DNA of 64,000 nucleotides from Phoronis australis (taxonomy: Eukaryota > Animalia > Phoronida): assembly GCA_002633005.1 (NCBI GenBank), contig NMRA01000009.1, forward strand, positions 977,169 to 1,041,168, read 5' to 3'. Positions 12,720 to 27,700 of the stretch are shown here, one piece after another. Within the stretch, counting starts at the first letter, position 1. Every line of letters begins with the position of its first letter. Below the pieces are notes generated by a model. That model did no database searches. It saw only the letters and a list, made by a program, of their open reading frames with translations, and was not told the DNA's origin. Position numbers and translations under genes: made by a program.

Positions 12720-15700
12720 GTAAGTTTTTTTTCAAGTGTGTTCTAGCAGTTTATTTTTTAATTGTAGTGTGTGACAAATTGATCTGAATCTTTAAAAATA
12801 TGTTATTAATTCAAATTAAAGAACTTATTTCAAGGCGCTATATAAGTGTAAATGAACCTTTGAATGGTATCCACATTATTGATTTTTGATGCCATGCCAG
12901 GTTGACATTCAACTTGTTGTAGCTCTGAATCAATAAGTATTGCCATTGTTTTCAGTCGAACTATTGGTTTTATACTGGTGTCTACCCATTGCAAGTTTTA
13001 CGTTCAGTTTAGTTAATCAAATAAATTCTTATATCACTTTATCTTCTGAGGTCAGGCCACTCACACAGTTTTGTGCCAAATGTTCATTCCAAAATAGTTC
13101 ACCAAGATTTTCTATGTACACCACATTCAGTGGCCTTGTTAGCTATCTCAGAAGAATTGATTAGAAAAGCTCCCTTTATTCAGTGCTATTGAGTATCAAA
13201 ACAAACTTAGTATTGATTAATCATGTATTTTTAACTTATGACATTTATTTATACAGAAAGGATACTATGCATAAGTCAACACACATTTCATGGAAAAAAT
13301 GAAATATAATTCTTCAATGCTAATTGAGCTTGCACTGTGTTCCCTTAGGATGATGTTTGGTGTGTCTCTGTCAGCTTCCACATACTTGGGTTTGATACAC
13401 AACTTGATGTCAATGTGAAAGTCATGTATCTTCCTTTTTGAAGTCTATGGATGTATAACTATCATGGTAGCTTGTAAGCTATTAACCCACGTAAAATGGA
13501 TGATGTGTTTCTAAGATTCGGTATTCAAAGGTGAGGTAAACGTTACTTTTAAAGTTTCAAGTTAAAAAATGAAAATGGCGTTTTACAGCTGTCTTCTCAA
13601 GTTTCTAACGTGCATCACATTTTATTCATTACAGGCCGCAGTTTCCAAACAAATTTAACACATTGCCAGGGATACAGATGAGAGGATCGCCACAGCCTAA
13701 CTATGACAACCAATTAGTGCCCATGACTGCTGGATCCAGGATGGACAGTTTGGATGCTGAGGAGAGGATACGCCAACTAGAGACAAGGATCAATGTGACA
13801 GAAAAGTCCAACAGAGCTCTCCTTGAAGAGGTGGTGCGTCTACAAAGTGAATTGAAGGGAACCGTGCGCCGAAATGAGGAAATACTGCGAGAGGAACGCC
13901 AGGCCCGACACCAGATGGAGACAAGTGCTCGAGCAGCCAATGACATCGTATCGCAGATCGGTGCTCGGTTGAAAAGGACTGAAGAGAAGCTTCAAGAGGA
14001 GAGATCAGCAGTGTCAGCGCTGGTGAATCATACTAAGAGTGTGGAGCAGGCGGTGTTGGGCAGTCAACAGGAACTGATCAGCAGACGTGATTTACAGGCT
14101 GCTAAGTATGTATAGTCTGGTCAATGTGTTTCAGTATCTGGGAACTGATAGTAGATGTGATCTACAGACTGTTAAGTGTATATGGTGTAGACATGTGTTT
14201 CACTATCTAGGAAATAATAGTAGATGTGATCTACAGGCTGCTAACGAAGTATATATGGTGTAGACATGTGTTTCACTATCTAGGAACTGATAGTAGATGT
14301 GATCTGCAGACTGTTAAGTATGTATCGTGAAACTCATATTTGGCGGCATTTGGAACTTTAAGATTGATAGGGTCGCTAGAAAAATTATGCAAAACTGTAA
14401 AAATGGAGGGCTCAAAATGCCTCACATCACATCATTTATTAAAGGCTAAAATGTACCTGGATAAGAAAAATTTTGAAAATAGGGATAACGCTGATGCCTG
14501 GATCCGGCTCTTGTTGGATTATTTGCCAGATAATTTTTTGGAATTCTTGAAATTTGGTGATAATTACTTTAATTAGCTTTTGTTGAAAATTAAAAACCCA
14601 TTTTGGAAAGAGGTAAAGAGGTTTTTCAATGATTTGAATGATAATGGTAAACATTTATCTTTGCAGCCATAGTGGTATAACAATAATATAATGATTGGTG
14701 GCAAAACGGTATTCTATAAGATGTGGTTTAAGAAAGGTTTTCATATTTTATCTGACTTGATTCATCCCTCAGGGCAACTTATTAATTATACTAAATTCTG
14801 TAAAAAGGCTGGCTTTTGTCCCCCTTTTACTGAATTCTTCAGCATTCACCAAGTCATTCAAAAGATAGAACACAGCATCACAGCGTTAATGTAAACAAAA
14901 TGTTATGTTGTTACCATTATGGTCCAAAGTGTTTGAAGTTGTAACTAGATCACCAAAAGGCATTAATGACTTTTATGATTTATTTGTTAAAAATCAGTAC
15001 TGGAAACCTTCTTCAGAAATAAAATTGAATTTAAGCCTAAGCATGACCAATGAAAGTATGGATTGGGATTCCATAAACAGTGCTATTGGCAAGTATACTG
15101 ATACAAAAATGAGGTGATTTAATTATAGAACTGTACATAACATTCTTCGAACAAAATGTTTTCTCAAAAAAATGGTATTGTAAACTCAAATCTATGTTTG
15201 TTTTGCAGCGAAGTCCCAGAATCAATTGTACATTTGATCTGGGAGTGTAGATATGTTAAAATTTTCTGGAACAAATTACTATTTCGGCTCAAGCAGATTT
15301 TTCACAATAATATATTACCGGTATAGTTCTTCAAAAGAGGTTTTGTTTAGGTCTTTGCAATAGAAGTTTGTTTGTATAGGATATCATATTTTGCTTAACG
15401 AAAATGTTTATATATAGGGAGAAATTTAAGGAAGCTGTGCCTATTTTTGATAATTTATGGGTTTATGTCATATATTATTGTAAAATTGATTACCTGATTT
15501 GTAAACAAAGTTTGAGTTGAAGCGACACATAGCTAAGTGGAAAGATCTTGCATATTTTATTTAGAATCTCAACCTATCATACTTGGTATTTAGTGTTGTT
15601 ATTTGTGACTAAGTGTGCACACTTGTCATGTATGTTTGTTTTGTAAATATGTTTTTTATGCAAAAATGAAAATATGTAAAAAAGCATGTATGGTGTAGAC

Positions 15701-18700
15701 ATGTGTTTCACTATCTAGGAACTAATAGTAGATGTGATCTACAGACTGTTAAGTATATATGGTGTAGACATGTGTTTCACTATCTAGGAACTAATAGTAG
15801 ATGTGATCTACAGACTGTTAAGTATATATGGTGTGGACATGTGTTTCACTATCTAGGAACTGATAGTGAATGTGATCTACAGGCTGCTAAGTATATATGG
15901 TGTGGACATGTGTTTCACTATCTAGGAACTAATAGTAGATGTGATCTACAGACTGTTAAGTATATATGGTGTAGACATGTGNTGTATTGGATTAGTGACA
16001 TGTTTTGTATTGGATTAGTGACATGTTTTGTATTGGATTAGTGACATGTTTTGATCTGTTGTTGCCTCGTGGGGATTATTAGAAGGTAAGTCATGTTTGT
16101 GTGATATTTAATGAATATCACGTTTGTGTGATATTTAATGAATATCACGTTTGTGTGATATTTAATGAATATCATGTTTCCTGAAAAAATCTTTTTTAAA
16201 CAAGAACTGTTAAATTTAAACTTACATAACTTGAAAATTTGATGATTTTACGACAACTTATGCATCTTTGAACAAATCTGTCAGTGAGCAGTGGAAAGAC
16301 TGTAAGCTCAAAATATTTGCATAATCATGAAAAGTTGTCACATGAATGCAAAAGTTGAATTATTAGCTGTCTGGGATGATTTAATGACTAATTTAATGAT
16401 AATGTATTAAACCTTATATTTAGTAAACGTTTATTTTTAATCAAGAAAATCTCAGTTACATACAATGTACACATGGTGAACTTTTTCAGTGGAAACTACT
16501 TTATTCTGATTAAAGAGTTAATAGGCTACACTGCTATAGTGAAAGTTCTTCTCTGCAACTGAAAAAGAATTCAACGTGCTCAAAAGTATTTTAGGGTTTG
16601 TTTGGAAAGATTTTAAATTTCTGTTAATACCAAAGCATTTTCTTTTAATTTCAAATTTCAAAAAAAAAAACGATTGGTCAACTACTCGCCACTTCTTTGA
16701 TTTTTCTCCCACAAGGCAAATCACATCTTATTTGGTATGGTAAGACATAGACGTAGCATGTTTCCCTTATATGAAAAATGGGAGCGTTGACCTCAAACAA
16801 CTTCAAGCAACTGCCTGTGAGCGCATGCCCACATTTATCATAAGTGGGAGGGAGATTAGAAACTCTGTGGTAACCACAGACTGAATTTTTTCCTTTGCTC
16901 TTATTTCAAAAATTGTCAATTTTGTGATTTTTTCTGGAAATTTCTTCGCAGGAAATTAAATTACTCTGCACTAGACGTTTTGAGATAATACTTTAGTCAG
17001 GAATTGTTTAAAAGATATTTTTGACGAGCTTCCGCTTTCCATGCCCCTTTAAAGTCTCGGACCATTCTGGGCTGCTGCACTCATGGACATGGTTCAGCAC
17101 TCATAGACATGGCTCACAGATCCAAATTCTTGTTCAAAGTCAGAAACGTGGGTCACTGACTGACAAACATAGCACCGAACTCAAAAAACAACTTATATAC
17201 TCAAAAAAGTTCATCTGCTGCTAAACGCATGCCTGGTCCAACTAACATGGCTCAATGAAGTGCACAAACTCTGTATGGAGTAATTAGTTTGTGTATTTTT
17301 CCAACTACATGTGTGTATTATTCTTATATCTTACAGCTTGATCAAATGAGAAAACAGAATGAGAGTCACTCTCAAACAGAACAGACCACATCACAACTGA
17401 GGGCGCAGATTGAAAGCAGGTGTGTGTGGTTTGACAGATCGTCTACTCTGAAATTTTTCAATTTTTCGCCTATGAGACACAGCTGTGTATCAAAATAACA
17501 AGGTTAAAGCCACTAATATTTACTTACTTGACAGATGGCAGTGGAACATGGCATATATTATCTTTGGACAACATACAGTATTTTACACAGATATCACTTC
17601 ATTGGCAGCATTTTAATGAGTTTCATTACTTATACCATCAAACATTTTATGAAATAAATGTGGTGCTTTGTTATCACAGCATGTTTATTTCTCCCTCAGG
17701 TTATCAGAGTTAAGAGATGTTGTGGTAGACTTGCGTAACAAGCAAGACTCTGAGACACAGGAGAGGAGAATGTTGGAACAACAACTACAAGTCAAGTAAG
17801 GCTCCTGGCTCATCATTCATCCACTGTGATATCATGATGTGCTGTAACTCTAGGCTTAGTTCTCTCAAATTCAGTAATTGCTATTGTCATTGAAATGGTG
17901 GTTGTGCTTGAGGCTGATTTAATGCAACGGGAGATTTTTTACTATTTTGTTCAGATAAACTAATGTCGCTCGTAAGACATGAGCAAAATCTCACCTCATC
18001 AAAATTAGGAACACACATTTCATGCTAACCTTGCAAATCTAACATTGTCTGTTTGTTTCAAGTAAGTTAATGAAACGTTATGAACTGGGTTGAAATTTGC
18101 AGAACATTATGAATCACTGCTGAGATCCTCACTGCATGAAATTATTTTGTTGGGCTTAAAAAAACAAATGGATGCGCTCTCTCAAAGCATGGGTGAACAC
18201 AGTGCGTGAAATCTGTATAATATTGTTTTCTTTCAAAGGTACGAAGGTGTGCTGTAATCTTTTGTTCGCTCGCTCCGTAGTTCCTCTTACCTCATTCAAA
18301 GTTTGACTTTTGCTGTCATCTCTGTCTGGAGTCTAATGTCTCCTAGATACTTGGTAGGATATTTATGAAATATTATAGATGTATTTCTGTGAAGCTGATG
18401 ACAGATGACAGTGACTTTCGGAATGATTTAACTTTTGCTGTGTTTGCCTCTGTATCTTTGGAGTTCCATACAGATTTTCATGAAATTCAGTCGCAAGGTT
18501 TTTTTTTTGAGGTGGATATAATACCTGTGTATTTTAGACCAATTTGATGTATTTTGTGCCTCCTAGTGGCCACTTTCATTATGTTTCAGTTCATTTTTGG
18601 CATTTGCCTCACTGTCAAACTGCTCAAAGAGTCATTATGAAAATTGACAGACATGTTCCAACTGACTAGAACACGACTGATGTGGATATTCAGACAGGTT

Positions 18701-21700
18701 CTCACTCTTATATCCTATAACACCTTGCAAGACTGGCATCTTGAATTTGGCAAATTAATGTACTCCTATGAACGTGCAGATGACAACTTTTTTCAGGTGG
18801 ATCCAACTACCACTGTGCCTTCTAGTGGCAACTTTATTTCATTATGTTTGCCTCTGCATCTTCATAGTTCATTTTGATGGATTTTCATGAAATTTTACTA
18901 ATAGATTTTTATTAGGGAGACAATAATACATTTCTATTGTCAGACAAGTTTGACTTATTCTGTGTCATATAATGGTCGTTGTTATGGTACTGAAAACACC
19001 CTAGAAGCATTATGGTGCAGTCATGGGTCATTTTTAACTCTTTGAATTGCTCTTGGTGCTAAATTTTTAGACAATTGACTGTATATTTGGCATTAATTTG
19101 CTCTCAAATTCAATTTCCTCACATTTCAATGTGTTGCTGTTCAGATAAGACATTTGCTTCAACTATTTGTACATCCCGTATCAGTTATCAGGTGACCTCT
19201 GCTTACAAGCTCCATGTTGGTATTTTGCAGAATCAATGACCTGACCAGTGCTATCAGCGAACAAAATAGGAAGCGAGAGGAGGCCATGCATGCTCTTGAC
19301 TCGATTGGTCGAGAGAAGGAGCATGCGGCGGAAACAGAGCGAGTACGACTTCAGGCCAAGATCAGTGAGATCGCNNNNNNNNNNNNNNNNNNNNNNNNNN
19401 NNNNNNNNNNNNNNNNNNNNNNNNNNNNNNNNNNNNNNNNNNNNNNNNNNNNNNNNNNNNNNNNNNNNNNNNNNNNNNNNNNNNNNNNNNNNNNNNNNNN
19501 NNNNNNNNNNNNNNNNNNNNNNNNNNNNNNNNNNNNNNNNNNNNNNNNNNNNNNNNNNNNNNNNNNNNNNNNNNNNNNNNNNNNNNNNNNNNNNNNNNNN
19601 NNNNNNNNNNNNNNNNNNNNNNNNNNNNNNNNNNNNNNNNNNNNNNNNNNNNNNNNNNNNNNNNNNNNNNNNNNNNNNNNNNNNNNNNNNNNNNNNNNNN
19701 NNNNNNNNNNNNNNNNNNNNNNNNNNNNNNNNNNNNNNNNNNNNNNNNNNNNNNNNNNNNNNNNNNNNNNNNNNNNNNNNNNNNNNNNNNNNNNNNNNNN
19801 NNNNNNNNNNNAGTGACATGTTTTGTATGGGATCAGTGACATGTTTTGTATTGGATTAGTGACATGTTTTGTATTGGATTAGTGACATGTTTTGTATTGG
19901 ATTAGTGACATGTTTTGTATTGGATTAGTGACATGTTTTAATCTGTTGTTGCCTCGTGGGGATTATTAGAAGGTAAGTCATGTTTGTGTGATATTTAATG
20001 AATATCATGTTTGTGTGATATTTAATGAATATCATGTTTCCTGAAACAAATCTTTTTTAAACAAAAACTGTTAAATTTAACCTTACATAACTTGAAAAAT
20101 TAATGATTTTATGACAACTTATGCATCTTTGAACAAATCTGTCAGTGAGCAGTGGAAAGACTGTAAGCTCAAAAGATTTGCATAATCATGAAAAGTTGTC
20201 ACATGAATGCAAAAGTTGAATTATTAGCTGTCTGGGATGATTTAATGACTAAATGATAATGTATTAAACCTTATATTTAGTAAACGTTTATTTTTAATCA
20301 AGAAAATCTCAGTTACACATGGTGAACTTTTTCAGTGGAAACTACTTTATTCTGATTAAAGAGTTAATAGGCTACACTGCTATAGTGAAAGTTCTTCTGT
20401 GCAACTGAAACAGAATTCAACATGCTCACAAAGTATTTTAGGGTTTGTTTGGAAAGATTTTAAATTTCTGTTAATACCAAAGCATTTTCTTTTAGTTTCA
20501 AATTTCAAAAAAAAAAACGATTGGTCAACTACTCGCCACTTCTTTGATTTTTCTCCCACAAGGCAAATCACATCTTATTTGGTATGGTAAGACATAGACG
20601 TAGCATGTTTCCCTTATATGGAAAATGGGAGCGTTGACCTCAAACAACTTCAAGCAACTGCCTGTGAGCGCATGCCCACATTTATCATAAGTGGGAGGGA
20701 GATTAGAAACTCTGTGGTAACCACAGACTGAATTTTTGCTTTTGCTCTTATTTCAAAAATTGTCAATTTTGTGATTTTTTCTGGAAATTTCATTGCGGGA
20801 AATTAAATTAAATTAATACTTTAGTCAGGAATTGTTTAAAAGATATTTTTGACGAGCTTCCGCTTTCCATGCCCCTTTAAAGTCTCGGACCATTCTGGGC
20901 TGCTGCACTCATGGACATGCTTCAGCACTCACAGGCATGGCTCACAGATCCAAATTCTTGTTCAAAGTCAGAAACGTGGGTCACTGACTTACAAACATAG
21001 TACCGAACTCAAAAAACAACTTATATACTCAAAAAAGTTCATCTGCTGCTAAACGCATGCCTGGTCCAACTAACATGGCTCAATGAAGTGCCCAAACTCT
21101 GTATGGAGTAATTAGTTTGTGTATTTTTCCAACTACATGACTTTTTGTGTGTATTGTTCTTATATCTTACAGCTTGATCAAATGAGAAAACAGAATGAGA
21201 GTCACTCTCAAACAGAACAGACCACATCACAACTGAGGGCGCAGATTGAAAGCAGGTGTGTGTGGTTTGACAGATCGTCTACTCTGAAATTTTTCAATTT
21301 TTCGCCACAGCTGTGTATCAAAATAACAAGGTTAAAGCCATTAATATTTACTTACTTGACAGATGGCAGTGGAACATGGCATATATTATCTTTGGACAAC
21401 ATACAGTATTTTACACAGATATCACTTCATTGGCAGCATTTTAATGAGTTTCATTACTTATACCGTCAAACATTTTATGAAATAAAATTAATGTGATGCT
21501 TTATTATCACAGCATGTTTATTTCTCCCTCAGGTTATCAGAGTTAAGAGATGTTGTGGTAGACCTGCGTAACAAGCAAGACTCTGAGACACAGGAGAGGA
21601 GAATGTTGGAGCAACAACTACAAGTCAAGTAAGGCTCCTAGGTCATCATTCATCCACTGTGATATCATAATGTGCTGTGACTTTAGGCTTAGTTCTCTCA

Positions 21701-24700
21701 AATTCAGTAATTGCTATTATCATTGAAATGGCGGTTGTGCTTGAGGCTGATTTAATGCAACGGGAGATTTTTCACTATTTTGTTCCGATAAACTAATGTC
21801 GCTCGTAAGACATGAGCAAAATCTCACCTCATCAAAATTAGGAACACACATTTCATGCTAACCTTGCAAATCTAACATTGTCTGTTTGTTTCATGTTCAA
21901 ACCCACATAGTAAGTTAATCAGACGTTATGAACTGGGTTGAAATTTGCATTATGAATCACTGCTGAGATCCTCACTGCATGAAATTATTTTGTTGGGCTT
22001 AAAAAAACAAATGTATGCGCTCTCTCAAAGCATGGGTGAACACAGTGCGTGAAATCTGTATAATATTGTTTTCTTTCAAAGGTACGAAGGTGTGCTGTAA
22101 TCTTTTGTTCTCTCGCTCCGTAGTTCCTCTTACCTCATTCAAAGTTTGACTTTTGCTGCCATCTCTGTCTGGAGTCTAATGTCTCCTAGATACTTGGCAG
22201 GATATTTATAAAATATTATAGATGTATTTCTGTGAAGCTGATGACAGATGACAGTGACTTTCGGAATGATTTAACTTTTGCTGTGTTTGCCTTTGTATCT
22301 TTGGAGTTCCATACAGATTTTCATGAAATTCAGTCGCAAGGTTTTTTTTTTGAGGTGGATATAATACCTGTGTATTTTAGACCGATTTGATGTATTCTGT
22401 GCCACCTAGTGGCCACTTTTATTATGTTTCAGTTCATTTTTGGCATTTGCCTCACTGTCAAACTGCTCAAAGAGTTATTATGAAAATTGGCAGACATGTT
22501 CCAACTGACTAGAACACGACTGATGTGGATATTCAGACATGTTCTCACTCTTATATCCTATAACACCTTGCAAGACTGGCATCTTGAATTTGGCAAATTA
22601 ATGTACTCCTATGAACGTGCAGATGACTGCTTTTTTCAGGTGGATCCAACTACCACTGTGCCTTCGAGTGGCAATTTTATTTCATTACGTTTGCCTTTGC
22701 ATCTTCATAGTTCATTTTGATGGGTTTTCATGAAATTTTACAAATAGATTTTTATTAGGGAGACAATAATACATTTCTATTGTCAGACAAGTTTGACTTA
22801 TTCTGTGTCATATAATGGTCGTTGTTATGGTACTGAAAACACCCCTAGAAGCATTATGGTGCAGTCATGGGTCATTTTTAACTCTTTGAATTGCTCTTGG
22901 TGCTAAATTTTTAGACAATTGACTATATATTTGGCATTAATTTGCTCTCAAATTCAATTTCCTCACATTTAAATGTGTTGCTGTTCAGATAAGACATTTG
23001 CTTCAACTATTTGTACATCCCGTATCAGTTATCAGGTGACCTCTGCTTACAAGCTCCATGTTGGTATTTTGCAGAATCAATGACCTGACCAGTGCTATCA
23101 GCGAACAAAATAGGAAGCGAGAGGAGGCCATGCATGCTCTTGACTCGATTGGTCGAGAGAAGGAGCATGCGGCGGAAACAGAGCGAGTACGACTTCAGGC
23201 CAAGATCAGTGAGATCGCCGAGGAAGTCAGTAAAAAGATATTAAGCAAGGAAATAAAGTTACGTGATGAATCACAGCAAAGGTTCTCACAAATTGAAAAG
23301 GTAAATGATGTCGTGATTCATTGACAAATCAGGTGACATTAAGGAAATGTTTGATTTTCTTCCCAACTGTAGGATGTACTATAAAGTCAGAAAATTGACG
23401 TAGATATCTAATACTTATTATGTCAGATAACAGTATGGTAGTGCTAAATGTCAATCGTGATTGAACTTGTACTGAAAGTTCACCTAAATGAAAACGTTTT
23501 CACTGTCTTAGTAATAACTATCAAACTTTTATACATAGAGAGTGGATGAGAAAATGGTGGTAAGAGATGCATTATACATTTTATGGATCTGGTCTTAACG
23601 TTGTAATACACCTGTAGTCTAACGGATGAAACCTAAAATTTCTGTGTTGTCATGTTGTCCATCCCAATTTGTACAATCCTAAAGGTCGGAACTAACTTTC
23701 ATAAAAATATGGCCCAATGAGGTGAGTACTTTATTTGTTCCCAGTCCACAACGCTTCCAGTGAAAGCAAGATTAAACATCAAAAGTATGTTGTTTGCCAG
23801 GCTTGCATCACTGTTTGAAAACTGTTTTAAAGACACTGTCCATGTTTGCTCCTACATTCAACCAAGACACCTAAACAGTGCATGCCAATTAGTCAGTGTT
23901 TAATTGCATGAGTCACTCTTGTACTATACTAAAGGTCACATATACTTTTCCTTGCACATCCAGGAAATAAAGGTAATAATACAATGATAACTGGTCTACT
24001 ATTCATGCATGCTGCACAGAGGTGGTTGTATGAAGTATTCTGATTTTATTTTCTGTCAGTGCTTGTAGGTTGGTGGGGGTTATATTGCTTGCACCCTGAT
24101 GCGCACTCTATTTGTCTTATATGTTTCACTTCGTCACTGGTGCGGCTGAAAAATCTGGAGAAATGATTTCTACTATAATTCTGACATAAGAATCTAATTT
24201 ATGTTGTATATTGACACTAATTTCTGTCATTCCTATTTTGCCTTTTCACAAACCTAGTTTAATATTGAATGTTTTTGAGACCAAAAATGGGCAAAGGGCA
24301 TTGAAATATATATCGCAAGTCAAAAATGAGATTTTTAATAGGATTTTAATTGCAGTGTTGTATTGAAATTTCTCAGACACTAAGTTTTGTTTTTCAAAGC
24401 AGTGCATCATATCTGTATTCCCCATCTCACATGACTTAATTTCGATTGCTCCGTACTATTTTGCTGCCCCGCTGCATGTTGTCTGCTTATTTATTTCATT
24501 GTCTGCTTGTTTAGTTGATTGTCTGCATGCTTGGTTGATGAGTGGCTTGGTTAACGCACATATGTTGCTTACGTCACAGTTAATGCATGCTGAGCAGCAA
24601 GCTAGGATGGATCACGAGAAAGAAACGCGCGACACATTCGAGAAGCGCTGGGAGAGCTTCAAACGTCTGTCAGACGATGAAATTCAGCAAATTAAAGAGC

Positions 24701-27700
24701 TTCAAAAAGTGAGTTCTGCATGTTGTGTTGTGCTTTTTTGGTTACAGGTAGTTTTCAGACTAAATTAAACTTGTAGAGAACTAGTTCGTCAAACTTGGAC
24801 AAACTTGTTGCCAGCATGAGCTCTTTAGGTGAGCGTTTGTCACTTTAATGGGATGGCATTGCATATGGATACTGACTGTATACTGTTGAATGAACTTGTA
24901 AGGTTAATTGTAACATTTTGACAGAGTGCATGGAACAAAATCTGTCTAAGTTTTGCTGAAATTTAGCGCAATTTGAAAAGGGTTCTAGTCGATAAGAAGT
25001 GATATTTAGTTGTTGTTTTGTGCATCAAATCTTCGATAGATTTCTTTGCTGCCCATTTTGTTTTGAAAACTATCTGTAACTTAATGATGTCATAGATATA
25101 TGGAATGGTTCCAGTGTCATTCTAGTGAGAAACAATAAGCACTCTCTGAATTCAGTCTCATCTCAAGAACGAACTCAGTATGAGGGAGTTTGAATTACTG
25201 CGAACAGTAACAAAGCATGTTATTTATGTCTTCCAAATTTTACTTGCTACTAGTTTAAAAAACAATCATTTTCATTTTGTAAAGCAATTACTGGACTCGC
25301 TTAGAAGATTTATAATATAACAGTTACTTAGTAGAACATTAGTTTGATGTTGGACACTTAGATTAGATTCTCATTGCCTTTACCCTGAATGGTGTGGATT
25401 AACTTTCTCCGTGCCTTTGTAGTTAATGAATTCGCTCAAATGCAGGATAACGTTTAACTTCTGGAGCCAACAATAGAGGGAGATAACAACTGCTGCAGTT
25501 ATTGATTCATTGACAAACAGGATGTATGTCTCTATGGATATGACTAAAAAGTGTTTTGAAATGCACAAAACATATACGCCACACAGGTCTTTGGTACAAG
25601 GATACAAAAAATAGGCTGTAGTTTTCTTTGTTAGGTATTATTGAAACCTCTCAGCTGATAAATTATGTAGCAAGAAATTTGTTGTGAACTTTATGAGTGA
25701 CAGTTACTAGAGTTTCCCTGACATTGATCATATTGTTCCTTATATTTTCACAAACTATTTTGACTGATAAATAGATGGAGATTACCTATCATCCAGTGCT
25801 GAAATACAATGCAGAAAAATTATGAGGTGCTTCACAGGAGTTGCAGATGCTTTAAAAAATTGGTTCTGGTTTACGAAACTTTGCTCACCATTTTTAAATA
25901 ACTCCAGTGAAGATTTACGACTTTTTGCTTCACGCTTTCACTGATGTCATTCAAGTGTAGGCTTACTGTGTGGCAATGGCTGTTTGTGCTTTCAGCTTGA
26001 CCGCAGGAAAACTGGTGAAACTCTGACTAAGCTGGATGAGTCCTTAAGTATACTGGAACAGGAGGGTGAACAGAACAGAAAGCATAATGATAAGATAATC
26101 ACAGCTGAGATTAAATCCAGGTAATGCAAGCCACCTTGTCAGTTGGATGTATTAGTTTGCCATTATTTTCTAACAAAAAGCATATTTTGGGGATAAAACA
26201 AGTTCTATCAGATTATGTTGAGTCACAATTTAGCAGTGTCGTCATATTCTCTGTTGTGCAACATTTTGATTCAGTTTGCCTTTTGTTACTAATTTGTGAA
26301 TGTGATATTTCTGGTATTTCCAGGAAACTACATGAGAAAGCTACCATGGACAAGATTAATGCTGTCCAAGAGAAATTGAGCATGGCAACCACAACTCTGC
26401 AGCAGGCTGTAGGGGGCACTGTAATGCAGATGCAGAAACAAACTGAGAAGGTAGGGAAATGGGTCATTTGGGTAGTCGAGGGAAATTGGAATGTAGGGAA
26501 AATGGGGTATATGAGGAGGTACAAACACGGCCGGGACCTGTAGGAAGGCAGGGAACATTGGGGTGTGTGAATAGACTGGGAAACAGGTGTGTGTGTGGGA
26601 AGGTAGAAGAAACATAATGATGGAAGATGAGAAGCATGGGGAACATTAGGGGGGTGTGGCCACCCAGGTAGAAACGTTGTGCATAATGGTACTTTAAAGG
26701 TTGAGGGTGAAAGAGAGGAAAGGGAACAAGTATTATGTAACAGTTATATGAGGCTGTGCAGGAGAACAAGCATTATGTAACTGTTATGTGAGGCTGTGCA
26801 GGAGAACATGTTAGAGTTAATGTGGGAGCAACAAAATAGGGGAAAATTGGGTCAGCAAAGTTAAAAAGCACATGATGGTAGATGTGGAGGTCAATTAGGT
26901 CAACTTGTAGTAATTAGGTCAACTTGTTGTAAGGAACTCAATCTGTGTACTAAAGTATCAGTTAACTCTTTATTTTCTCTTTTAGTTTTAATTGATCTCT
27001 AATTCTCTTACTATTATATTCTAGTTTGAAAAGGACATTGAAGATATTAGACAGAACGGCGGACGGTCTTCCATTAATGAAATGCTTCTTGAACAAAAAG
27101 TACTTTAGCTGCTCAGTAGTTGCCTGGATTAATTGTTTGACTGGATTAATTGTTTGATATTTTAATTGTTTGGTATTTTCTTTCAGTGTTTTTACATCCC
27201 ATCAACCTGCTATTATTTCGCTTTGCTGTTGTTATGGGTTTTGTGCACTGGTGTGGTTGGACTTATAATGTTGTCTCGATATTTACCATGGAAACGGCTG
27301 TGAAATGATGAATAGTGATTAAATAATTTTACCTGATTCGTCTGACATTTTTGGTGTCGTCTATAATGTTATTATTGATGTTGTTACTAACTCAGAGGTT
27401 ATAGTGGCGATTCTAGTTGTTTGTAGTAGAGTGTAGGTTAGTCATTAGTTTTATTTGCTTTCTGTCGCCAATGAGTAACTGTTAGTCTACAACTATATTA
27501 AAATATTAAGTTGCTGACATTAACATGCAGTTGTTGACATTAGCACACAGTTTTCAATGCAGGCCATAGTTGATTGTTTTATTTTAGCTCAAAAATAATT
27601 TGTTGAATTTCTCAGTAAATGTTGACCGGATTAATTTTAGTTATTTGATATCAATAACTTTTGTTAACTGAAAAACCCATTGTGTTTCAAGATGTTAAAC

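Noticed and set aside
15703-16041. Repetitive 23-aa ORF (likewise the 19-aa repeat ORF at 33085-33369)
   Set aside because: Translations of minisatellites.
19181-19859. Long ORFs across the N run
   Set aside because: Artefacts of the assembly gap.
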